Assembly (NCBI GenBank): GCA_038217285.1
Contig: JBBQPO010000227.1
Location: 1 to 10,207 of the forward strand
Reading direction: 5' to 3'
From: Chthonomonadales bacterium
Lineage (GTDB): Bacteria > Armatimonadota > Chthonomonadetes > Chthonomonadales > Chthonomonadaceae
Length of the DNA stretch: 10,207 bases
A program made the position numbers and the translations under genes. Positions 1 to 6,282 of the stretch are shown here, one piece after another (positions within the stretch are counted from its first letter, which is position 1; every line of letters starts with the position of its first letter). The notes under the pieces are model-generated. The model ran no database searches. It had not been told where the DNA came from and saw nothing but the letters and a program-made list of their open reading frames with translations.

Positions 1-1246
1 GCATCAGCACGGTGCGGGTCTTCTGCAGCTCCTGCATCGCGCCCATCGCCGTCAACTGCTGCGTTCGCATCCCCATCATCGTGCGCTCGATGTTCTTCGA
101 CGCCATAGCGATGTCCAGCTCGTTGCGCACGATCTGGTTGACGCCGGAGGCGAGCAGAGCGCGATCGTTGGTGAAGTCGAACACAAGATCTCCGACCGCC
201 TGCGAGGGCCGATTGTTCACCACATCGTCGTAGAGCACTTCGACTTTCGCCACGCGGTAAGTCCCGGCAGGGCGACGGTCGAACTCCAGTTCCGCGAGCA
301 CGGTTCGGACTGTGCCGCGCTCGATGTCGGGCAGTGGGATCTCGACGACGCGGCCCTGAAACGCGGGCTGCTGCCCGTAGACCTGGCGAACCTGTGACCA
401 GCGCGTCAGGGTCAGGCGCACGCGCACGTTGCGCGCGACGATGGTCATCAGGGTCTCCAGTTCGCGGCGGAACACTTCGGGAATCAGGTCCGGGCGCTGG
501 ATATAGTAGTAGTTGCCGCCGCTGCGGCGGGCAATGCCTGCCATCAACTCCTCGTTGTACTCGCTGCCGAAGCCGAGCGCGGTGATCGAGATCCCCTGCG
601 CCTTCTGCTGGCCCACCTGCTGCACGATCGAGTTGAAATCTTTCAGGCCCGCCGTCGGCTCACCATCCGTCAACAGCAGCACACGGTTGACATAGCCGGG
701 AGTCTGCGCCATCACCGACTGTATCTGCATACAGCCCGCCACGAGGCCGTCGTAGAGGTTCGTCGTGTTGCCGACCTCCATGCGCCGGATATGCTCCTTG
801 ACGAGTCCTTTGTTGACGATACGGCGGGCGGGCATCAGCACATCGACCTGCTCCTCGAAGGTGACGATCGAGAGAATATCGTTCGGCTCCAGCATGTCCA
901 CCACATATTCGCAGGCCCGTTTGACGTATTCGAGCGGCTCACCCTCCATGCTGCCGGAGCGGTCGATGACAAGGCAGACGTTGATCGGCGCGCGCCGTCC
1001 CAACTGCTGCCCGCTCGCCTTGACCACGATCAGCGCATTGTCACGGCTGATCTCCGGGGCCATCGCATAGCGGTTGCCGGGAACGCACTCGACCTCGACG
1101 GTCTGCATGGGCATTCCCATCTGCGTCCGCATCGGGTCCATGTTCCCCCCCATCTGCGTCCGTGTCCCCGCCAGAACGGTCGGCTGTGCGCCTCCGGGCG
1201 CGTTCGGCATTCCCGTTCCCCCGAGTATCTGTGTACGATCTTCCAT
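1..1246 (-). CDS. vWA (MIDAS) domain protein, YfbK/'Ca-activated chloride channel homolog'-like, with disordered Thr-motif N-tail; 3' end lies beyond the window
   Basis: Not in the ORF track; translated by hand. ATG at 1244-1246 preceded by GAGGG (alternative in-frame ATG at 1258); frame open to position 2 (415 codons). Begins MEDRTQILGG... and contains INVCLVIDRSGSMEG (DxSxS, 947-964), GNTTNLYDGL, VLLLTDGEP (TDG 662-670) and ITALGFGSEYNEELMAGIARRSGGNYYYI, all hallmark vWA motifs. Confidence 0.93.
   Translation of the reverse strand, partial: MEDRTQILGGTGMPNAPGGAQPTVLAGTRTQMGGNMDPMRTQMGMPMQTVEVECVPGNRYAMAPEISRDNALIVVKASGQQLGRRAPINVCLVIDRSGSMEGEPLEYVKRACEYVVDMLEPNDILSIVTFEEQVDVLMPARRIVNKGLVKEHIRRMEVGNTTNLYDGLVAGCMQIQSVMAQTPGYVNRVLLLTDGEPTAGLKDFNSIVQQVGQQKAQGISITALGFGSEYNEELMAGIARRSGGNYYYIQRPDLIPEVFRRELETLMTIVARNVRVRLTLTRWSQVRQVYGQQPAFQGRVVEIPLPDIERGTVRTVLAELEFDRRPAGTYRVAKVEVLYDDVVNNRPSQAVGDLVFDFTNDRALLASGVNQIVRNELDIAMASKNIERTMMGMRTQQLTAMGAMQELQKTRTVLM
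1116..1162 (-). repeat. 14-bp direct repeat CCCATCTGCGTCCG (x2, 33-bp period) encoding RTQMG twice in the vWA N-tail
   Basis: Exact copies at 1116-1129 and 1149-1162. Confidence 0.85.
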
Positions 1247-1298
1247 ACGTTCCCTCATTTCCGGTTGCTGAAGCTGGAATCGAGCACTTCCGCGCCGT

Positions 1299-1362
1299 TG
1301 GCGATGGACTGAAGTCCTTCGCTAGGGGCCTTCGGCCGAAGGTCCGCCGAAGCGGACTCCTT
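1299..1362. repeat. REP-like cluster of three hairpins between the FHA gene and the vWA gene
   Basis: GCGATGGACT-GA-AGTCCTTCGC (1301-1322, one mismatch); perfect palindrome CCTTCGGCCGAAGG (1329-1342); GTCCGC-CGAA-GCGGAC (1342-1357), which is a C(UUCG)G tetraloop on the mRNA strand. Confidence 0.65.
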
Positions 1363-1407
1363 GCCTGTTACACACCTTGTTAGGTGGAAGCGCACTAGGT
1401 TGTGATC

Positions 1408-3015
1408 TTATTCGAAGCGGAATTTGCTGCCGCCGAACTGCACGATGTCTCCGGGTGCAAGCACGACCGGACTGGTGAGCCGCATTCCGTTGACGAAACT
1501 TCCGTTGGACGAGCCGTTGTCGTAGACGACGAAACTGCCGCCTTCGTTGGCGAGTCGGGCATGGCTGCGCGAAATGGTCGTGTCGGCGGAGAGAACGATG
1601 TCGCAGGTCGTCTCGCGGCCTACGGTGCTATTCGCGGCCGTGAGGGCAAAGACCTGCCCAGCGTACGGGCCTTCCGCTCCGACCAACTGCCCTAGAGCCG
1701 GCATACCGGTCATCGCACCGCCAAAACCGGGCATAGGATCGACGTCATAGCCGCCCCCTCTCTCTGCGGACGCGCCGAAGCCGGGATTGGGAGCGGCGCC
1801 ATAGCCCTCCATGTCCGCAGGCGCGCCAAAACCAGGGTTCGGATTCATGCCGCCCATCATCCCTGGGCTGTTCCTGCCAGGCGCGCCGGCCATACCGCCG
1901 TTCCCGAGGGAGCAGAGACATTTCCCGGTGACATCCTTCGGCGCGCCGCAGAACGGGCAGAGATGCGAAGGCATCGGCACCGCAGCGCTGTTGGGTTTCG
2001 TTTTCGGCTCATCGATCGGCTTGTGGGCGAACTTGTTTTGCGTGGCTTTCTCGCGGAACAGGATGCGATGCTGCCCGATCTGGATCATATCGCCATCGCG
2101 CAGCAACAACTCTTTTCCGGCCTCGGCGCGCTGCCCGTTGACCATCGTTCCGGCAGGAGTGCCTGCGTCGAGCAAGATATGCCGCTTGCCGTCGGCGCGG
2201 ATGGCAGCGTGCTGCACACCGACGCTCATATCGCCGTAGAGGGGCACTTCGCACCGTTCGTCCCGCCCCAGCAGGTTCATCGGCTTGGAGAGAATAAAGT
2301 CTTTGCCCTCGTTGCGTCCGGCCAGCACTTTGACCCAGGCCTGCTTGAACAACTCCTGCATGAGTCCGATGAAGAACCCTGTCAGCGCTCCGATGAGCAC
2401 ATAAGAGAGCATCCGGCCCGGTCCGCCGGCGTCGTAGCAGCCAGCGTGGCCGATAGCGGAGTAGAGAGGGACCGTGCTTCTGCCGATGAGATCGAAAAGC
2501 ATTCCCCCGATAAGGCCCCCGATCATGCCGCCCAGACCGCCCTGAAAGATGCGTTTCGGGCTCATCGTCGCCAGCGCAGCCCCGATGCCGAGGCCCGTTC
2601 CGAGGAAGGCGAACAGAACGGAGCGCGCGATGATCTGAATCACGAAGGCGAACAGGGAGGGATTGGTCGGCGCGGTGTCCGTGCCGCCGAGCCAGCCATA
2701 GAAGAGATGCCCGATGTTATTGCCGAGGGAGCCGAGAATGACGCCGCCAAACAGCCCGATGAGCACACCGCGCACGAGTTTGCGAGGGTTGCCTTCGACG
2801 ATGCCGTCCACGCCGCCCAGCAGCAGGGCGATCAGCCCGTACACCGCAAAAGCCAGGACGAAGCCGGGCCAGGGCGTCGTCGGCTGCACGGCCGTACACG
2901 CCCCATCGATTTTCTGAATATAGCTATTGTAGGGGATGAGGGCTTCGGAGATCACGCCTCCGATCAACCCCCCGGCCCCTCCGGCAATCAACCCGAGCAG
3001 AATCCGCGATCTCAA
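1408..3015 (-). CDS. Polytopic membrane protein: about 6 Gly-rich TM helices + degenerate FHA + CxxC-x9-CxC knuckle + PGFG low-complexity linker + canonical FHA (535 aa)
   Basis: TTG start with AAGGAG at 3022-3027 (6-nt spacer); TAA at 1408-1410. C-terminal FHA has GR...SRSH...SSNGSFVNG...L.PGD.V.FG; the first FHA (aa ~226-321) has GR...H...GT.VNG...LRDGD.IQIG. Hydrophobic GxxxG-rich segments in aa 5-222. Confidence 0.92.
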   Translation of the reverse strand: MRSRILLGLIAGGAGGLIGGVISEALIPYNSYIQKIDGACTAVQPTTPWPGFVLAFAVYGLIALLLGGVDGIVEGNPRKLVRGVLIGLFGGVILGSLGNNIGHLFYGWLGGTDTAPTNPSLFAFVIQIIARSVLFAFLGTGLGIGAALATMSPKRIFQGGLGGMIGGLIGGMLFDLIGRSTVPLYSAIGHAGCYDAGGPGRMLSYVLIGALTGFFIGLMQELFKQAWVKVLAGRNEGKDFILSKPMNLLGRDERCEVPLYGDMSVGVQHAAIRADGKRHILLDAGTPAGTMVNGQRAEAGKELLLRDGDMIQIGQHRILFREKATQNKFAHKPIDEPKTKPNSAAVPMPSHLCPFCGAPKDVTGKCLCSLGNGGMAGAPGRNSPGMMGGMNPNPGFGAPADMEGYGAAPNPGFGASAERGGGYDVDPMPGFGGAMTGMPALGQLVGAEGPYAGQVFALTAANSTVGRETTCDIVLSADTTISRSHARLANEGGSFVVYDNGSSNGSFVNGMRLTSPVVLAPGDIVQFGGSKFRFE

Positions 3016-3035
3016 TATCCACTCCTTAAACTGCG

Positions 3036-4508
3036 CTACGCCTCGAAGCGGAAGCGTGTGTTGCCGATGTTGACCTCATCGCCGGGTCGAAGCGGCTGCG
3101 GGGTCTGGCCGGCGATGCGCACCCCATTGACGTAGGTGCCGTTCGAGGAGTTGTTATCCACCAGAACGACCTGCCCGTCCCCCATCTGCAGAGTGGCGTG
3201 GCGTCGGGAGGTGTTGGTATCGTTGGGCAGCGGAATGGGATTGCCCGCATCCCGGCCTATATCCATCGACGGGCCCAGCAAGGGGAAGATCGTTCCCGCG
3301 TAGGTTCCCATCGTGGCGACAAGGCGTGGTCCGCTCGCGGTCGGCATTGGTGCGGCCCCGAAGCCGCCACCTGCCACCCCGACTCCGCCAAAGGGATCGG
3401 CTGTCCCATCGGTAATGGGCTGAATAGGCGCTTTGGCCGGTTTGTCGAAGGGACTGGGAGCGGCTGCTCCCGGGTCCGTCGCCATCATCGCCGTGCTGAG
3501 GCCAAGTTTGTCCATGACGTTCTTCAAACGCCCGGTCTGGTAGAGCCGGTAGAGAACGTAGAAGATTCCGGCGAGAAAGAGCAGGCCGATGACGGTATTG
3601 AGCACACCGCCGAACGGGTTGGTATTGGCCTGCGGTTCGGTACGTTCACGACGGTAGGCGCTGTCCGTACTATCACCCGTCCGAGGACTGTTTGCCGCAG
3701 GGGCGACAGGTACGGGTGCGGGCACGGTTTTCACGTCGGCCCAGTCCACCGTCATCACCGACCAGCCGTCTCCCGTGCGGGACGCAGGCAGGGTCTGGGT
3801 GCCGCTGATCTTGTGGTCGGCGTAGCTAACCGTCGCGGTCATCTCTTTGTTGAGCGGGACATTGTCAAAGCGCGCCAGACCGCCATCGGAGGCTTGCAGC
3901 GTCGTGGTCTTATTGTACGATTTCGCGGCGTCTGCCAATGTCACCTGCGCCCCGATCACGCCAAGTCCGGCCTTCTGAACGGGAATGTTGACGCGCTGTG
4001 CGTAGGCGAAACTGCTGTCGGCCAGGGGTATCGCGGCGGTCGTCTGGATCGGAAATCGCGCCAGATTGCCGCGCGTGTTGTCCAGTACCTCCAGCTTCGC
4101 GGTTTTCACGTCCACATTGGAAGGCACTCCGACCAGCACATCCGTTCCGGTCGCGGCAGGCAGCGGCGTCAGGGCGGTCAGCGCAGTGTCGCCATTCGCG
4201 GAGACGAAACGGTAGCCGAAATCGCCCCCCTGGATCTCCTTCTTCAGTTTCACGACCGCCGAGGAGGAGACCGGAGCCGCAGGCACTGCGCCGCCGCTTA
4301 CAGGCGGCGTCTGGCCGGAGGACTTGTCGGGAGCGCCGGGCACCGCAGTGGTCGCAGGCGGCTTGCCTCCAGAGGTCGGTGCCGGATTTCCACCGTGGTC
4401 TGCGGGCGGGGTCTGCGCCAGCACGGAAACCGTAACGCTCAGAGCCAGGGCGCTGAGAGAGAGGCGCAGCGCGCGACGGGAATCGAAAAAGGTGATGCAA
4501 CGGATCAT
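3036..4508 (-). CDS. Receptor-like protein: signal peptide, Pro/Gly/Ser/Thr stalk, beta-sandwich ectodomain (carboxypeptidase-regulatory/prealbumin-like), single TM, cytoplasmic FHA (490 aa)
   Basis: ATG overlaps the nnr stop (ATGA at 4505-4508) with GAGGA upstream. Sec-type leader RRALRLSLSALALSVTVSVLA|Q; GVIGAQVTL...GLARFDNVP motif; TM GVLNTVIGLLFLAGIFYVLY (aa ~300-320) followed by basic residues; FHA IGRD...SRRH...SSNGTYVNG...LRPGDEVNIG. Confidence 0.9.
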   Translation of the reverse strand: MIRCITFFDSRRALRLSLSALALSVTVSVLAQTPPADHGGNPAPTSGGKPPATTAVPGAPDKSSGQTPPVSGGAVPAAPVSSSAVVKLKKEIQGGDFGYRFVSANGDTALTALTPLPAATGTDVLVGVPSNVDVKTAKLEVLDNTRGNLARFPIQTTAAIPLADSSFAYAQRVNIPVQKAGLGVIGAQVTLADAAKSYNKTTTLQASDGGLARFDNVPLNKEMTATVSYADHKISGTQTLPASRTGDGWSVMTVDWADVKTVPAPVPVAPAANSPRTGDSTDSAYRRERTEPQANTNPFGGVLNTVIGLLFLAGIFYVLYRLYQTGRLKNVMDKLGLSTAMMATDPGAAAPSPFDKPAKAPIQPITDGTADPFGGVGVAGGGFGAAPMPTASGPRLVATMGTYAGTIFPLLGPSMDIGRDAGNPIPLPNDTNTSRRHATLQMGDGQVVLVDNNSSNGTYVNGVRIAGQTPQPLRPGDEVNIGNTRFRFEA

Positions 4509-6229
4509 AGCGTTTCCTCGAGCAGACGAAGTGCGGCAGGCAGATGTTCGATGAGATCTCCGGCGACCAGTCCGGCTTCCCCGTGTGAGGCCGCCGCAAG
4601 ATCACCCGCCAGGCCATGCAGAAAGACACCGAACGCCACCACCTCCAACGGCGGAATGGCTTCGGTGCGAAAGAAATTTTCATCCTCGATAGTGCGCAGC
4701 GGCGCGAGGGCCTGCGCCAGCAGTCCGCCCAGAATACCGGTCAGGGTATCGCCCATACCGCCCGACGCCATGCCGGGATTGCCGCTGGTATTGATGATCA
4801 CGTTGCCCTGGATGTCGGCGATCAGGGAGTGACGGCCCTTGAGAACCACGGTCGCCCGATAGCGCCGCGCCAATTCCCGCACCGAAGCTATCCGATTAGA
4901 CTGTACGTCTGCAATGGATGTTCCCAGCAGACGGGCGGCCTCTCCGGGGTGCGGCGTCAGCACCAGCGGAGCGCGCGGATCGTCGGGCCGTGCCTGCGCC
5001 CTCTCCGGCGACATCGCCAGGGCGTTCAACCCGTCAGCGTCCAGCACCAGCGGCTTCGATATTTCAACGAGCAGTCGATATACCAGCGCCGCTGCTTCCG
5101 GCTCCGTCGTCAGCCCCGGCCCCACACAAAGCACGGTCGCCCGCTCCGCGAACCGCGCGACCTCCGCGAACGCTTCGCCCGAAACCGCTCCGTTCTTCTC
5201 CGGCAACGGCACGGTCATCTGCTCATCGAGCTTCGCGCTGATCGTCGGCTGCACTCCTGCGGGAGCCAGAACGGTCACCAGTCCCGCACCGACTCTTTGC
5301 GCCCCACGCGCCACCAGCGCCGGTGCACCCGCCATGCCCCGCGAGCCTGCAACAATCCCGACGTGCCCATAGTCGCCTTTGTTCGTCTCGCCTTTGCGCT
5401 TCTGCAGGAGACGATTCGCCTTCCCGAAATCCAGGGTCGGACCTGCACTGGGAACTCTAAAATACCCGTTCGAACTCCCCTGCCCTCCGCTCGATCTTCC
5501 GTCGGTGCTAGAGAGGAAAGGACGCGTCGGCAGGGCAAACTGCAGACGGATAGTCGGCTCAGTCGGGTCGGCGTGGACAACTTTTTCCCAGTCGAGGCCG
5601 ATGTCCGCCACCTGAAGCTTTCCGACGCATTCCGCGCCGGGGAACAGCAGCAGGCCCAGCTTCGGAGTGGCGAAGGTGACCGTATGGGTCGCTCGGACAG
5701 CCACGCCCGGAGTCGCCCCTGTGTCGGCATCGACACCGGAAGGAATATCGACGGCGAATACGGGGCAGGAGACCGTGTTGATCGCCTCTATCTGCGCGGC
5801 GACCTCGGCGCGTGGCGCGGATTTGACCCCGGTCCCGAGCAGAGCATCGATGACGACATCGGCGCGTACCAGCAGGGCGTCACGTTCCGCGTCCTGGCCT
5901 GTCGGCAGAAAATTCAGTTCGAGACGGCGGGCAAGATCGAAATGGGTGCGGGCATCCGCTTTCAGCCCCTTGGCCTCCCCGACGAAAAGGAGAGTGCAGT
6001 CGGCTCCCTCCAGAGAGAGATAGCGGGCGATCACGAAGCCGTCGCCGCCGTTGTTGCCGGGCCCGCAGAAGACAACGGCACGTTTGCCTCGAAGCAGCCC
6101 GAGCTCTCGCCGCACCGCGTCCACGACCGCGCGCCCCGCATTCTCCATCAGGACAACGCCGGGAATGCCGAACTCCTCACTCGCCCGACGATCCATGTCG
6201 CGCATCTGCTGCGCGGTCACTACTCGCAT
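4505..6229 (-). CDS. nnr: Bifunctional NAD(P)H-hydrate repair enzyme (NnrE epimerase + NnrD ADP-dependent dehydratase; YjeF family)
   Basis: LMENAG, CGPGNNGGDG, DALLGTG and DIPSG (YjeF_N); NKGDYG, GAGLV, GPGL, LDADGL, TPHPGE, LKG and GGMGDTLTG (NnrD). Start moved to ATG 6229 (MRVVTAQQMRDMD, typical N-terminus, GAGGTG upstream) from the track's TTG 6265. Confidence 0.96.
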   Translation of the reverse strand: MRVVTAQQMRDMDRRASEEFGIPGVVLMENAGRAVVDAVRRELGLLRGKRAVVFCGPGNNGGDGFVIARYLSLEGADCTLLFVGEAKGLKADARTHFDLARRLELNFLPTGQDAERDALLVRADVVIDALLGTGVKSAPRAEVAAQIEAINTVSCPVFAVDIPSGVDADTGATPGVAVRATHTVTFATPKLGLLLFPGAECVGKLQVADIGLDWEKVVHADPTEPTIRLQFALPTRPFLSSTDGRSSGGQGSSNGYFRVPSAGPTLDFGKANRLLQKRKGETNKGDYGHVGIVAGSRGMAGAPALVARGAQRVGAGLVTVLAPAGVQPTISAKLDEQMTVPLPEKNGAVSGEAFAEVARFAERATVLCVGPGLTTEPEAAALVYRLLVEISKPLVLDADGLNALAMSPERAQARPDDPRAPLVLTPHPGEAARLLGTSIADVQSNRIASVRELARRYRATVVLKGRHSLIADIQGNVIINTSGNPGMASGGMGDTLTGILGGLLAQALAPLRTIEDENFFRTEAIPPLEVVAFGVFLHGLAGDLAAASHGEAGLVAGDLIEHLPAALRLLEETL

Positions 6230-6282
6230 CGTCACCTCAGATCCATTCTGCTCGTTGAGACGCAATCAGGCACGTCGGGTGT

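Noticed and set aside
12-1383. Short plus-strand ORFs listed by the track
   Set aside because: They overlap the minus-strand vWA gene found by manual translation and show no protein-like motifs.
5465-5479. GSSNG in the Nnr linker matching the FHA GSSNG motif
   Set aside because: A five-residue low-complexity match with no other FHA motifs around it; probably coincidental.
6230-6265. Upstream TTG start for nnr
   Set aside because: ATG 6229 has a GAGGTG RBS and gives the family-typical N-terminus.
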